64,000 bases of DNA, taken from assembly GCA_019414605.1 (NCBI GenBank), contig DXLS01000004.1, positions 31,114 through 95,113 of the forward strand, read 5' to 3'. Every line of letters starts with the position of its first letter. Position 1 is the first letter of the stretch. Shown here piece by piece: positions 41,950 to 51,961 of the stretch. Position numbers and translations under genes: made by a program. The notes beneath the pieces are model-generated. The model saw only the letters and a program-made list of their open reading frames with translations, ran no database searches and was not told the origin of the DNA. This DNA is from Collinsella sp. GTDB taxonomy: Bacteria > Actinomycetota > Coriobacteriia > Coriobacteriales > Coriobacteriaceae.

Positions 41950-43389
41950 ATGCTTGACTACAATTTGGAAAAACGCGGCGAAGCATCGCTCTATGAGTAT
42001 GTTTACCAGCAAATTCGAGATGATATCGTAGCTGGACGCATTGCGGCGGGGGAACATCTTCCGTCTAAGCGCGCCTTTGCCAGTCATCTGGGAATCAGTG
42101 TCATTACCATCGAGAATGCATATAACCAGTTACTTGCCGAGGGCTATATTTGCTCAATGCCGCGTCGGGGCTACTACGCTTGCGAGCTTCCGGATGCACC
42201 GGTTTTGCCTTCGGCTGCGGAGGGCATCGACCGAGATGCCGTCTCCGCGGGCCCCAGCGCACATGATATCAACGGACAGGTCGAGCGATTTGATGCGCTT
42301 TCTCCTTCCGCTTTGGAGGCGGCGCGGCTTTGGCAAAGCGCGCTGCGGGCGACGCTGGCATCCGAAGACGAACGCGAAATCTTTTCGACTGCGCCGGCAC
42401 AGGGCACCGCTCGGCTACGACGCGCAATTGCTCACCGCCTGCGCGGGACAAGGGGTATGAATGTCGACCCCGACAACATCGTTATCGGTGCGGGCGCCCA
42501 GCTGCTCGATACCATGTTGGTTCAGTTGCTTGGAGCCGACAAGGTGTATGCCGTTGAGGACCCGGGCTATTTGCGTCTGACGCGCATCTATCAGGCTATG
42601 AGCTGCAAAGTTCGACATATCCCGTTGGATGATGAGGGCGTGGGCTTGAGCACTCTGCAGAAAAGCGGGACCGATGTCCTTCACCTGATGCCGTCCCATC
42701 AGTATCCGACCGGCCTTGTGACGAGCATTGCGCGTCGCTATGCCCTGCTGAGCTGGGCCGCCGAGCAGCCGGGCCGGTATCTCATCGAAGATGACTTTGA
42801 TTGTGAGTTTCGCCTTGCTGGTAAGCCGATTCCCGCGCTCGCGTCGATCGATGCCGCCCAGTCGGTTATCTACACCAACACGTTTTCGAAGAGCCTGTCA
42901 TCGGCGCTGCGTCTAGCGTACATGGTGTTGCCCGATGAGCTGATGGAGCGGTTTAGGCGCAGCCTTGGTTTCTACGCCTCGTCGGTGAGTTCTGTTGACC
43001 AGGTCGCTTTGGCACGTTTGCTGGAATCGGGTGATTACGAGCGGCATGTGAACCGCGTGCGTGTTCGTGCTCGCGAGGCGCGTGATGGCCTGGCGGCGCT
43101 TGTACGGAAAGCGTTTCCGGCAGGGGAGGTCTCGATCGAGCATGCGGACGCGGGCCTTTACTGCACTGTTGTTGCGGAGCGCGGAACGGGTGGAAGCTCT
43201 TTTGCGCGGGCTCTCACGCGCTCGGGTATTCCGTTTATCGATATCAGTGACTGTTATTGGTGTGCCGATGGTGCATTTGTCCCTGAAAACTCAAGTCAAA
43301 TTCTTGTTCAGTATGACGATCTGAATCCAAAAGTGCTAACTACCTTGGAATTGCAGCTAATGGGGGCGCTCTGCAATCTAAGTGAGTAG
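41950..43389 (+). CDS. pdxR: MocR/PdxR-type GntR-family regulator with an aminotransferase-like domain
   Basis: Trimmed to ATG 41950. It has a GntR HTH (LYEYVYQQIRDDIVAGRI..LPSKRAFASHLGISVITIENAY) and a class I aminotransferase-like C-terminal domain. It is divergent from pdxST. Confidence 0.85.
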   Translation: MLDYNLEKRGEASLYEYVYQQIRDDIVAGRIAAGEHLPSKRAFASHLGISVITIENAYNQLLAEGYICSMPRRGYYACELPDAPVLPSAAEGIDRDAVSAGPSAHDINGQVERFDALSPSALEAARLWQSALRATLASEDEREIFSTAPAQGTARLRRAIAHRLRGTRGMNVDPDNIVIGAGAQLLDTMLVQLLGADKVYAVEDPGYLRLTRIYQAMSCKVRHIPLDDEGVGLSTLQKSGTDVLHLMPSHQYPTGLVTSIARRYALLSWAAEQPGRYLIEDDFDCEFRLAGKPIPALASIDAAQSVIYTNTFSKSLSSALRLAYMVLPDELMERFRRSLGFYASSVSSVDQVALARLLESGDYERHVNRVRVRAREARDGLAALVRKAFPAGEVSIEHADAGLYCTVVAERGTGGSSFARALTRSGIPFIDISDCYWCADGAFVPENSSQILVQYDDLNPKVLTTLELQLMGALCNLSE

Positions 43390-43498
43390 ACTTTTGGCAT
43401 TTTGGCGACCAAGCCGTTTTACCACAAGCTATCTACCTGCGACTTTATAAAGCAATTTGGCTGGTCTGCACGGCAAGTTCGAAAAAGTCTACTCACTT
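43380..43498 (+). repeat. 119-bp element with 16-bp perfect terminal inverted repeats, copy 1
   Basis: AAGTGAGTAGACTTTT...AAAAGTCTACTCACTT. It overlaps the last codons and the stop codon of pdxR (..LSE-TAG). Confidence 0.8.
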
Positions 43499-43674
43499 GC
43501 CGCGCAAAGCTTCTGCATGAGAAAAAATGGGGTTTTCAACAGTGCTTCGTCCAGCTCTCGGCAAGCTTTTGGTCAGTTGGGGAGGGCTGTTGAAAACTTA
43601 GCAGTCCGTTCGGTGCCATTTTTGTTGCGTTCGCGCCAATGCGAGACCGATTGGGTTGAAATCCGTGTTTTCCT

Positions 43675-44808
43675 GTGCCTATGAAGGATCTACTTTGTGA
43701 CATATCGGCTTTTAGGTACTGGCGTTTGCCTCCTCAAGTCCGCGCTTTGTGTCCGCCGTTTCCACGACCGGAAGAAGACCGGCAGCGATATGATCTCGCC
43801 CGCAACCCGACGGCTGCAGTCGCGCTCGGTTTTCCGTTGTATACATTGGTTCGGACGAGAAACAAACGGACCTGCCCTGTCAGCATTAGGCAGCGGCTGT
43901 TCCTTGGTGAGCTCCCCAGGGAATCTGTGTTGGAAACGGAGCATGGATTTTTGGTCACGTCTCCTCTACTGACGGCATTTATCATGTCTCGACATCTGAC
44001 GGATCTCCAGCTTCTTTTTGTGTTGGCGGAGATGTGTGGCTTGTTTGCGGTGTGTGCTCTGCCGGTGGCGCTTGAGGCGGAGCTTTCGCGTGCAATTGAT
44101 TCGGGCGCGATTTCGACAACGTTCGGTTGGGTGCGCTGCCCGTCCGAGGACGGCGCCACTTCAAATTTATGGCGTCGAGACGCTTTGGTTTTGGGCAGAG
44201 ACCTTGACCGTTTTTGTTCAGATGTTTGCGGGATGCGTTACGGCAATAGATTTATGGCGGTATCGCAACTCGTCCCATTGGGTGCCGCGTCGCCTTTTGA
44301 GGTCGAGGCGTATTTGTTGCTCGGGCTGCCGCGAGCCCTGGGAGGCGAAGGTTTTTGCGGCATAGAGCTCAATGTCGAAGTGACGTTAAGCACAAGTGCT
44401 CGAGCGATTGTGGGAAAGTCCCGTGTATATATCGACCTACTACTTTCTTCGCTGGACGGCAGGCGACAGGTGGCCATTGAATGTCAGGGAAAGGCCTCGC
44501 ACGGACGCGCAGGGGATGGCTTGCGTGACGCCGATCGCATGACGGCCCTTCAGGCCATGGGCTACGATGTACTTCTCCTGACACACAGACAGATATCCGA
44601 TGAGGATAGATTCCGCACGATCGTTAAGGCCGTATGCAGGATGCTCGATGCTGAATATCGTGATAAAAGCCCGGATGAGCAAAGGGCTGAGGCATTACTC
44701 CGGTCTGAACTATTCGTTGACTGGACAAAATTGGGAGTAATCGACGGAAAGATGCACGTTAGACACAAAACAGCTCGATCGTGGACGGCTGCGGTTTTAA
44801 GTGAGTAG
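43675..44808 (+). CDS. DUF559/Vsr-like endonuclease-fold protein
   Basis: 377 aa (ATG at 43681). The C-terminal ...RVYIDLLLSSLDGRRQVAIECQGKASHGRAGDGLRDADRMTALQAMGYDVLLLTHRQI resembles DUF559 (IEcDG..H......D..R...L...G..vlR). G+C is lower than in the flanking DNA. Confidence 0.6.
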   Translation: MPMKDLLCDISAFRYWRLPPQVRALCPPFPRPEEDRQRYDLARNPTAAVALGFPLYTLVRTRNKRTCPVSIRQRLFLGELPRESVLETEHGFLVTSPLLTAFIMSRHLTDLQLLFVLAEMCGLFAVCALPVALEAELSRAIDSGAISTTFGWVRCPSEDGATSNLWRRDALVLGRDLDRFCSDVCGMRYGNRFMAVSQLVPLGAASPFEVEAYLLLGLPRALGGEGFCGIELNVEVTLSTSARAIVGKSRVYIDLLLSSLDGRRQVAIECQGKASHGRAGDGLRDADRMTALQAMGYDVLLLTHRQISDEDRFRTIVKAVCRMLDAEYRDKSPDEQRAEALLRSELFVDWTKLGVIDGKMHVRHKTARSWTAAVLSE

Positions 44809-44917
44809 ACTTTTGGCACTTTGGCGACCAGGCCGTTTTGCAACAAGTCATTTACCTGCGGCTTTATAAAGCAATATGGGTGGTGTGCTCGGCAAGTTCC
44901 AAAAAGTCTACTCACTT
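44799..44917 (+). repeat. 119-bp element with 16-bp perfect terminal inverted repeats, copy 2
   Basis: It has the same termini as copy 1 and is about 85-90% identical overall by eye. It overlaps the last codons and the stop codon of the DUF559 gene (..LSE-TAG). Confidence 0.8.
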
Positions 44918-44983
44918 AGTTTTTGACGAGAAACCGATGCCTAAGGCGGTCTTATTTCAGGGCGTTAACGAGTTCGTGAGGCA

Positions 44984-45016
44984 CGAAAAAGGCCCGAACC
45001 GCGCGGTCCGGGCCTT
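44984..45016 (-). terminator. Intrinsic terminator of the rubrerythrin gene
   Basis: The minus strand reads AAGGCCCGGACC-GCGC-GGTTCGGGCCTT followed by TTTC. Confidence 0.65.
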
Positions 45017-45049
45017 ATCGAGCTAGAGATTGTCTCTCAGGCGGCTGGC

Positions 45050-45610
45050 TTAGCCAAAGTAGCGCTTGAGCAGGCCGGCGAAAGCCTTGCCGTGGCGGGC
45101 CTCGTCGCGAGCCATCTCGTGCACGGTGTCGTGGATGGCATCGAGGCCGGCGGCCTTGGCGCGCTTGGCAAGATCGGTCTTGCCGGCGGTGGCGCCGTTC
45201 TCGGCCTCAACGCGCATCTCGAGGTTCTTCTTGGTGGAGTCGGTCACGACCTCGCCCAGGAGCTCAGCGAACTTGGCGGCATGCTCCGCCTCCTCGTGGG
45301 CAGCCTTCTCCCAGTACAGGCCGATCTCGGGGTAGCCCTCGCGATGAGCGACGCGAGCCATGGCCAGGTACATACCGACCTCGGAGCACTCGCCCTCAAA
45401 GTTGGCGCGTAGGTCGGCAACGATGTCCTCGGAGACGCCCTCCATCTTGGCGACACCCACGACGTGCTCGGCAGCCCACTCGAGCTGGCCCTCCTCCTGC
45501 TTCAGGAAACGAGAACCGGGAACGCCGCACTGGGGGCACTTAAAATCCTCGGGCAGCTGGTCGCCGTCGAACTCTTCCACATAACCGCAAACGGGGCAAA
45601 CAAACTTCAT
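45050..45610 (-). CDS. rbr: Reverse rubrerythrin (N-terminal rubredoxin, C-terminal ferritin-like domain)
   Basis: Trimmed to ATG 45610. CPVCG...CPQCG precedes the EGECSE...EEAEH and DEARH di-iron motifs. Confidence 0.9.
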   Translation of the reverse strand: MKFVCPVCGYVEEFDGDQLPEDFKCPQCGVPGSRFLKQEEGQLEWAAEHVVGVAKMEGVSEDIVADLRANFEGECSEVGMYLAMARVAHREGYPEIGLYWEKAAHEEAEHAAKFAELLGEVVTDSTKKNLEMRVEAENGATAGKTDLAKRAKAAGLDAIHDTVHEMARDEARHGKAFAGLLKRYFG

Positions 45611-45866
45611 GATTCGATCCTTTCGATCGATGGCGATTGCGCGCTCGTCCGGTCCCGTAAGGGCCCTCTCCGGACGTGCGTCTTGACGAGTTCTATTATC
45701 CATAAATGCGACCAAATGTGAAGCCTATTAGGAATGATTTTTAATAAAACAATTTTGAGATATGAAGATGTTGATTGATTAACGATTGGCAGGCCGTCTT
45801 TGACCGCCGATGAGTACAATCGGTCGAGCAAATGTTGACCAATCAACAAATGAAGGAGTTTCCTTT

Positions 45867-47087
45867 ATGCATCTAGCCCGTCGTGCCTGGTGCCGAACAT
45901 ATCAGACGGTTTTTCGCATTGCATTGCCGATCCTGCCCTATACCGAGCCGCGCATTTTGGAGCATGCCGAGGATGTGCCCGCGGTGCTTCAAAAGCGCTC
46001 GATCCAGAAGGCCCTTATCGTGACGGATCCCGGCATTGCCCGTCTGGGGCTCACGGCATCACTCGAGCGTGCGCTTACGGCTCAGGGGATTGGCGTTACG
46101 GTCTATGCCGAAACGCGTATGAACCCCACAGTCTCGAATGTGGAGGAAGCGGCGGCGCTGTATCGCGAGAACGACTGCCAGGCCATTATCGGCTTTGGCG
46201 GCGGCTCGGCTATGGACTGTGCCAAGGGCGTGGGAGCACGTATCGCGCAGCCAAACAAGCCCATCAACAAGATGCGCGGCCTGTTGCGCGTCCACCGTCT
46301 CCTGCCGCTGCTTATTGCGGTTCCCACTACCGCCGGTACGGGAAGCGAAGTCACGCTCGCGGCGGTTATCACCGATGACGAGACGCACTATAAATACCCC
46401 ATTAACGACTTTGTGCTTATCCCGCGCCTTGCGGTGCGCGACCCCGAGTTTACGCGCGGCCTGCCCGCCTCCATTACGGGGCAGACGGGGATGGACGCCC
46501 TGACGCATGCCGTCGAGGCCTTTATCGGGCGAAGCACCACGCCCTATACGCGCAAGATGGCGCGACAGGCGGTTCAGCTCATCCACGACAATTTGCTCGA
46601 GGCCTATGAGCATGGCGACAACATGCACGCACGTCGCAATATGCTTGCGGCGGCGTATAAGGCGGGTGTTGCCTTTACGCGCTCCTATGTTGGATACGTT
46701 CATGCCATCGCACACAGCTTGGGCGGGCGTTACGGGATTCCGCACGGCTTGGCTAACGCCATTATCCTGCCGCATATGCTTCGCGCCTATGGCGAAGCTG
46801 CTGCTCCCAAGCTCGCCGATCTCGCCCGCATGGCCGGCATCGCGCCGGTTAACGCGCAGGACAGCCTGGCGGCCGAGGCCTTTATCGATTGGGTCGATCG
46901 AATGAACGCCGCCTTGGACATTCCCAAGTATGTGACGGGTATTCGCCGCTCCGATATTCCGCAAATGGCGGCCCATGCCGACGCCGAGGCCAATCCCCTG
47001 TATCCCGTTCCGCTTTTGATGGACCGCCTGGAGCTCGAGCATATGTACGAAGTTGTTGCAGGTGGTATGTTTGAGGGCGAGAACTAG
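45867..47087 (+). CDS. Iron-containing alcohol dehydrogenase
   Basis: Trimmed to ATG 45867, with GAAGGAG upstream. GFGGGSAMDCAKG and the HAIAH...HG histidines are typical of the Fe-ADH family. Confidence 0.85.
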   Translation: MHLARRAWCRTYQTVFRIALPILPYTEPRILEHAEDVPAVLQKRSIQKALIVTDPGIARLGLTASLERALTAQGIGVTVYAETRMNPTVSNVEEAAALYRENDCQAIIGFGGGSAMDCAKGVGARIAQPNKPINKMRGLLRVHRLLPLLIAVPTTAGTGSEVTLAAVITDDETHYKYPINDFVLIPRLAVRDPEFTRGLPASITGQTGMDALTHAVEAFIGRSTTPYTRKMARQAVQLIHDNLLEAYEHGDNMHARRNMLAAAYKAGVAFTRSYVGYVHAIAHSLGGRYGIPHGLANAIILPHMLRAYGEAAAPKLADLARMAGIAPVNAQDSLAAEAFIDWVDRMNAALDIPKYVTGIRRSDIPQMAAHADAEANPLYPVPLLMDRLELEHMYEVVAGGMFEGEN

Positions 47088-47095
47088 GAGGGTCC

Positions 47096-48475
47096 ATGAA
47101 TACCGAGGAAATCGCGCGCATTGTCGGCGAGCAGCGCGCCTATTTTAAGACGCACGCCACGTTTGATGTCGATGCTCGACGTCGCGCCCTCGTGCGCCTG
47201 CGCGAGGCGGTGCGGGCACACGAGACCGATATCGCCCATGCGCTCAAGACCGATTTGGGTAAGTCGCATGACGAGGCATATATGTGCGAGATCGGCACGT
47301 CGCTTTCCGAGATTCGTCATCAGATTGCGCATGTGGCTCGATGGAGTCGTCCGCGCCTGCGTCCGTGTGACCTCGCTAATGCTATTAGTGTGTGCAAGAC
47401 GCAAACCGTGCCCTATGGCGTCACGCTCATCATGGCTCCGTGGAACTACCCGTTTTTGCTGACGCTTGAGCCGCTCGCCGGCGCGCTCGCTGCGGGTAAC
47501 ACCGTGGTCATCAAGCCGAGCGCCTATGCTCCGGCATCGAGCGCGGTGCTCAGGCAAATCTGTGAAGAGACATTTGATCCGCGCCTGGTGACGGTTGTCG
47601 AGGGCGGGCGCACCGAAAACGAAGCGCTGCTCGACGAGTGCTGGGACAAGGTCTTCTTTACCGGTAGCGTTCCGGTCGGCAAGCTCGTTATGGAGCGCGC
47701 AAGTAAAAACCTTACGCCCGTGACGCTTGAACTGGGCGGAAAGAGTCCCTGCATCGTGGATGCGACGGCAAACTTGAAGGTCGCGGCGCGGCGTATCGCC
47801 TTTGGCAAATGGCTCAACGTGGGGCAGACCTGCGTGGCGCCCGACTATCTGCTGGTTGATACGCGCGTGCACGACGAGCTGCTGGGCCTCATCAAGGAAG
47901 AGGTCCGTCGCATGTTTGGCGAGCACCCGCTCGATAACGAGGATTACGGGCATATCGTCAACGCCAAACATTTTGCGCGCGTGCGTGGGCTGATCGATCC
48001 CGATAAGGTCGTGCTTGGAGGTGTCACGCGCGAGGCTTCGCTCAAGATCGAGCCGACGATTTTGGATGGCGTGGCCCCCGATGACGCCGTGATGCAGGAG
48101 GAGATCTTCGGCCCCATCTTGCCGGTACTGACGTTTGAGAACTTAGACGAGGCCGAAACGTTTATTACGGATCGTCCGACGCCGCTGGCCCTGTATATCT
48201 TTAGCCAGGACCGCGAGGTCCAGCAGCGCTTTGTGCGCTACGTGCCCTTTGGCGGCGGCTGTGTTAACGACACCATCATGCATCTGGCTACGAGCCATAT
48301 GGGCTTTGGCGGCATGGGCGCGAGCGGCATGGGGCAGTACCATGGCCGCGAGAGCTTCGATGCGTTTAGCCACAAGAAGAGCATCGTGAACAAGGCAACC
48401 TGGCTGGACGTGCCGTTTCGGTATGCGCCCTACGCAAGCTGGAAGCACAAATTCGTGCGCATGTTTGTGCATTAG
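47096..48475 (+). CDS. Aldehyde dehydrogenase (ALDH3-like)
   Basis: 459 aa with ELGGKSP and VGQTCVAPDY (catalytic Cys). It begins 8 nt after the ADH gene. Confidence 0.9.
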   Translation: MNTEEIARIVGEQRAYFKTHATFDVDARRRALVRLREAVRAHETDIAHALKTDLGKSHDEAYMCEIGTSLSEIRHQIAHVARWSRPRLRPCDLANAISVCKTQTVPYGVTLIMAPWNYPFLLTLEPLAGALAAGNTVVIKPSAYAPASSAVLRQICEETFDPRLVTVVEGGRTENEALLDECWDKVFFTGSVPVGKLVMERASKNLTPVTLELGGKSPCIVDATANLKVAARRIAFGKWLNVGQTCVAPDYLLVDTRVHDELLGLIKEEVRRMFGEHPLDNEDYGHIVNAKHFARVRGLIDPDKVVLGGVTREASLKIEPTILDGVAPDDAVMQEEIFGPILPVLTFENLDEAETFITDRPTPLALYIFSQDREVQQRFVRYVPFGGGCVNDTIMHLATSHMGFGGMGASGMGQYHGRESFDAFSHKKSIVNKATWLDVPFRYAPYASWKHKFVRMFVH

Positions 48476-48476
48476 G

Positions 48477-48520
48477 AAATGGCAGGTAATACGAACAAGT
48501 GTTCCTATTACCTGCCATTT
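48477..48520 (+). terminator. Hairpin after the ALDH gene
   Basis: AAATGGCAGGTAATA-loop-TATTACCTGCCATTT (15-bp stem). Confidence 0.55.
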
Positions 48521-48578
48521 ACGTTAGACTACTGCCATGGGGTACGGATGGGCCAGCTCCCTTTAGAAGGGAATTGGT

Positions 48579-48662
48579 ATGAACGTAAGCGATGTTATTT
48601 CGTTACTGGCGTTGTTAATCGCGGCTATCGAACTCGGCCTGTTTATCGGCCGAATGAAATAG
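48579..48662 (+). CDS. 27-aa hydrophobic peptide (holin-like or type I toxin-like)
   Basis: Not in the ORF track because it is under 60 aa. ATG 48579 has GAAGGGA 7 nt upstream. It encodes MNVSDVISLLALLIAAIELGLFIGRMK and stops at TAG 48660-48662. Confidence 0.45.
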   Translation: MNVSDVISLLALLIAAIELGLFIGRMK

Positions 48663-48897
48663 CCGCCCCCGCGTAAGCGAAGACGGCCACTTCTCACGAT
48701 GTAAACGTGCACTGGAGTTGGCAAGACCCGCTGCAACGGGTGCCATCCGTGCCTCTATCTTATCTGCAAGCGCTCTGTCTCGCAAGCGTTGCGGCAACTG
48801 GGTGAAAGGCGCGAGCGGGTGAATTCGTGTCCGCACGGGCCCGTAAACTTCTCAGTAAGGTTAAGCGCCGGTTTATCCGGCCGTTAGAGGAGCTGCC

Positions 48898-49224
48898 ATG
48901 TACGAGCCTTCACGTGTTCTTTTGTCGTTTCATATCGCAGGATTTCAGTATGCCGACGGTGCCTTGGTCCTGGGCGATCTTAAGGTCGGCGATAAGCTGA
49001 CGCTGTGTGCCGAGCGCGATAATCCCCATGACCCTGAGGCGGTTGCGATCTATTACGGCAACACCAAGCTCGGCTATGTTCCGGGAAACGGGGTCGGCCC
49101 GCTATCCGTGATGATGCATTATGGACACGAGGGTGTATTTGAGGCGCGCGTGCAGCAGGTTGCCCCCGAGCGTAGCCCGTGGCACCAGGTGCGCGTTGGC
49201 CTCTACGTGGTGGATGCTCGCTAG
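48898..49224 (+). CDS. HIRAN-domain protein
   Basis: 108 aa. FHIAGFQYADG...GDKLTLCAERDNPHDPEAVAIYY...KLGYVP fits the HIRAN pattern. Confidence 0.65.
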   Translation: MYEPSRVLLSFHIAGFQYADGALVLGDLKVGDKLTLCAERDNPHDPEAVAIYYGNTKLGYVPGNGVGPLSVMMHYGHEGVFEARVQQVAPERSPWHQVRVGLYVVDAR

Positions 49225-49242
49225 TCGGTAAGGGAGGCTGCC

Positions 49243-49422
49243 ATGTTTGATGACGATGGCCTGTTCGATCTGACGGATGACCCGTTTGAGTGGGATATGC
49301 TGCTCGACGATGATGAGCTGGAGCAGGACCGTAAGAAGCGGCAGGACAAGAAAACTCAGGGTGACGCTTCGAAAAAGCAAGACAAGCGCCGCCGCGGACT
49401 GTTCGGCGGGCTCTTTGGATAA
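49243..49422 (+). CDS. 59-aa hypothetical protein (acidic N-terminus, basic C-terminus)
   Basis: Not in the ORF track. ATG 49243 has GGGAGG 5 nt upstream. It encodes MFDDDGLFDLTDDPFEWDMLLDDDELEQDRKKRQDKKTQGDASKKQDKRRRGLFGGLFG. Confidence 0.5.
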   Translation: MFDDDGLFDLTDDPFEWDMLLDDDELEQDRKKRQDKKTQGDASKKQDKRRRGLFGGLFG

Positions 49423-49488
49423 CCGCCGCATCGCTGCGTCTGTATACTTAGCACGAGTTGAACACGTTGCGAAATGAGGACAGAGACG

Positions 49489-50034
49489 ATGATGTGGTTT
49501 ACCGCCGACCTGCACCTGGGCGACACGAATATCCTGCACGACATGGACCGGCCATTTGGCTCGGTCGAGGAGATGAACCGCAAGGTCATCGATGCCGTGA
49601 ATGAGTGCGTGGCGGCGGACGACCGTCTCTATATCTTGGGAGACTTTACCTATCGTTTGCCCCTGGCGGATGCTGTGCGCCTGCGCGAGCGCATCGAATG
49701 TCAGAACGTAACGCTCATCCGTGGCAACCATGACGGTGACTGGGAAGATCCAGCTGCGCCCCAAATCTGGGAAGACGTGCGTGATTACCTGGAGATTGCT
49801 CCCGGCTATGCCAAGGGCCATCGCCTGGTGTTGAGCCATTACCCCATGCTCAGCTGGAATGGCAAGGCGCGTGGCGCCATCATGCTGCACGGGCATATCC
49901 ACAGCAGGGGAGACCGCACCAACGCGCGCAACTGCGATCGCGAGCGCCCCATTTATCGCTACGATGTGGGCCTCGACGCCAACGAGTACAAGCCCGTAAG
50001 CCGAGACCAGATCTTGAGCTTCTTTGGACTGTAA
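49489..50034 (+). CDS. Metallophosphoesterase
   Basis: It has the motifs TADLHLG, GDF, GNHD and HGHIH. The start is ATG 49489 (GAGGA upstream) or 49474. Confidence 0.8.
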   Translation: MMWFTADLHLGDTNILHDMDRPFGSVEEMNRKVIDAVNECVAADDRLYILGDFTYRLPLADAVRLRERIECQNVTLIRGNHDGDWEDPAAPQIWEDVRDYLEIAPGYAKGHRLVLSHYPMLSWNGKARGAIMLHGHIHSRGDRTNARNCDRERPIYRYDVGLDANEYKPVSRDQILSFFGL

Positions 50035-50054
50035 TTCTCGAACCGTCACACAAA

Positions 50055-50087
50055 CCGCCACAAAGGGGACAGGCACCTTTGTGGTGG
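50055..50087 (+). repeat. GGGACAG-loop hairpin, copy 3 (terminator position)
   Basis: CCGCCACAAAGG-GGACAGGCA-CCTTTGTGGTGG. Confidence 0.6.
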
Positions 50088-50184
50088 TTCTGGCGCTGTT
50101 GCTATTATGGCGGCGGCGTCTTTTTTGTCCGTGCGGCGCGGTAGAGTGTAAGCGGTTGAAATTTGCGTCCATCGAGGAGCTGCT

Positions 50185-51942
50185 ATGAACGAGATCAAGT
50201 GCCCGCATTGTGGCGAAGTTTTTAAGGTCGATGCGTCTGGCTATGCGGACATCGTCAAGCAAGTGCGCAATGCCGAGTTTTCGCGCGACCTGGATGAGCG
50301 TGTGAAGGCAGTCCAGCGCGAGGGCGAGCAGGCGCTGGAGCTTGAGCGCTCGCGTTCGACGGCTGCCTTGCAAAAGGCAGATTCTCAGCGCAACGCTCAA
50401 CTTGTCGAGCAGAAGAACGCCGCGGAGCAGAAGCTGGCACAAGAGGTTGCCAAGCGCGACGCTGAGCTTGCCGAGCTGCGCGCCAAGCTCGAGGGCGCTG
50501 CCACAGAGCGCGAGAGCGCAAGTCAGCGCGCGGCGGTTGAGGCCCGTGCCGATGCTCAAAAGGAAAACGCCGAGCTTCAGCGAGAAATCGACAATTTGCG
50601 TGCGCAGCTGGAGCGCAAAGATGACGAAGCCAAGCTCGTCGAGTCGGTGGCGCGCAATGCTGCTCAAAACGATTTGGCTGCACGTGATGCTCAGATTGCC
50701 GAGCTGCAGGCCAGGCTTGCCGCGGCGGACAAGGCCCAGGAGATGGCGCTTGCCGCTGCCGCGGCAGAGTCGCAGCGCGAGCTCGATGCTGCTCGCGGTG
50801 AAGCTGAGCGCGCGCTTGCTGACTACCGCGCGACGGTACAGGAGAAGTTTTCCGCCGCAAAGGCACAATCTGAGCAAGAGGCCGAGGGTCTGCGTGCCCA
50901 GTTGCGCGAGCAGGAACTGATGGCAAAAATGAACCTGTCGGAGGCGGTCGCCGCGGTGGAGCGAGAGCGCGATGAGGCACGTGCCAAGCTGACGAGCGAG
51001 CTGGCGGTGCGCGATTCTCGCGAGGAACAGGCCAAGGCGGCACACGAGCTCGAGCTTGCGCAGGCCAAGCGCGCGAGCGATGACCTGATTCGCTACAAGG
51101 ATGAAGAGATTGAGCGCCTTAAGGACATGAAGGTCCGCCTGTCCACCAAGATGGTGGGCGAGTCGCTCGAGCAGCACTGCGAGACCGAGTTTAACCGTCT
51201 GCGCATGACGGCGTTTCCTAACGCGTACTTCGAGAAAGACAACGATGCGTCCGAGGGTACCAAGGGCGACTTTATCTTCCGCGAGTGCGACGCGAGCGGC
51301 AACGAGGTCATTTCGATTATGTTCGAGATGAAAAACGAGAACGACGAGACTGCGACCAAGCACAAAAACGAGGACTTCTTTAAGAAGCTCGATCACGATC
51401 GTCGCCAGAAAGGCTGTGAGTACGCGGTGCTCTGCACGCTACTCGAGCCCGAGAGCGAGCTCTATAACGCAGGGATAGTCGACGTGAGCTATCGCTACGA
51501 GAAGATGTACGTGATTCGCCCACAGTTTTTCATTCCCATGATTACACTTCTTCGCAACGCCGCCATGGGTTCGCTGCGCTATAAGCAGGAGCTGGCGGAG
51601 TACAAGCAGCAGAATATCGACGTCACGAACTTCGAAGCCAAGATGGAAAAGTTCAAGAACGATTTCGGCCGCAACTGCGAGATCGCGAGTCGCAAGTTCC
51701 AAACGGCAATCGATGAGATCGACAAGACGATTAGCCATCTGCAGAAAACCAAGGAGGCGTTGCTGTCCTCCGAGAACAATCTGCGCCTTGCCAACAAGAA
51801 AGCCGACGATCTTACCATTCGCAAGCTCACATGGGGCAACAAGACCATGAAGGCGGCGTTTGACGAGGCGCGCGGGGCTGCGACGGAGACAAACGATGAG
51901 CCCGCCGAGGCGGATTCATATGAGGTCGAGGATGCCGAGTAA
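50185..51942 (+). CDS. DUF2130-like protein (N-terminal zinc ribbon, long coiled coil, C-terminal nuclease-like domain)
   Basis: 585 aa. [16 protein letters not shown] is followed by about 300 aa of Ala/Glu/Arg/Leu coiled coil. The C-terminal region reads ...GDFIFRE...[10 protein letters not shown]... Confidence 0.6.
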   Translation: MNEIKCPHCGEVFKVDASGYADIVKQVRNAEFSRDLDERVKAVQREGEQALELERSRSTAALQKADSQRNAQLVEQKNAAEQKLAQEVAKRDAELAELRAKLEGAATERESASQRAAVEARADAQKENAELQREIDNLRAQLERKDDEAKLVESVARNAAQNDLAARDAQIAELQARLAAADKAQEMALAAAAAESQRELDAARGEAERALADYRATVQEKFSAAKAQSEQEAEGLRAQLREQELMAKMNLSEAVAAVERERDEARAKLTSELAVRDSREEQAKAAHELELAQAKRASDDLIRYKDEEIERLKDMKVRLSTKMVGESLEQHCETEFNRLRMTAFPNAYFEKDNDASEGTKGDFIFRECDASGNEVISIMFEMKNENDETATKHKNEDFFKKLDHDRRQKGCEYAVLCTLLEPESELYNAGIVDVSYRYEKMYVIRPQFFIPMITLLRNAAMGSLRYKQELAEYKQQNIDVTNFEAKMEKFKNDFGRNCEIASRKFQTAIDEIDKTISHLQKTKEALLSSENNLRLANKKADDLTIRKLTWGNKTMKAAFDEARGAATETNDEPAEADSYEVEDAE

Positions 51943-51961
51943 GGCATAGCAGATAGTGCAA

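Noticed and set aside
49102-51396. A 764-aa ORF on the minus strand, the longest in this region.
   Set aside because: It is antisense to the well-supported DUF2130-like CDS and to the metallophosphoesterase and HIRAN genes. It has low-complexity Leu/Arg/Ala composition, no motifs and no SD. It is a typical stop-poor antisense frame in high-G+C DNA.
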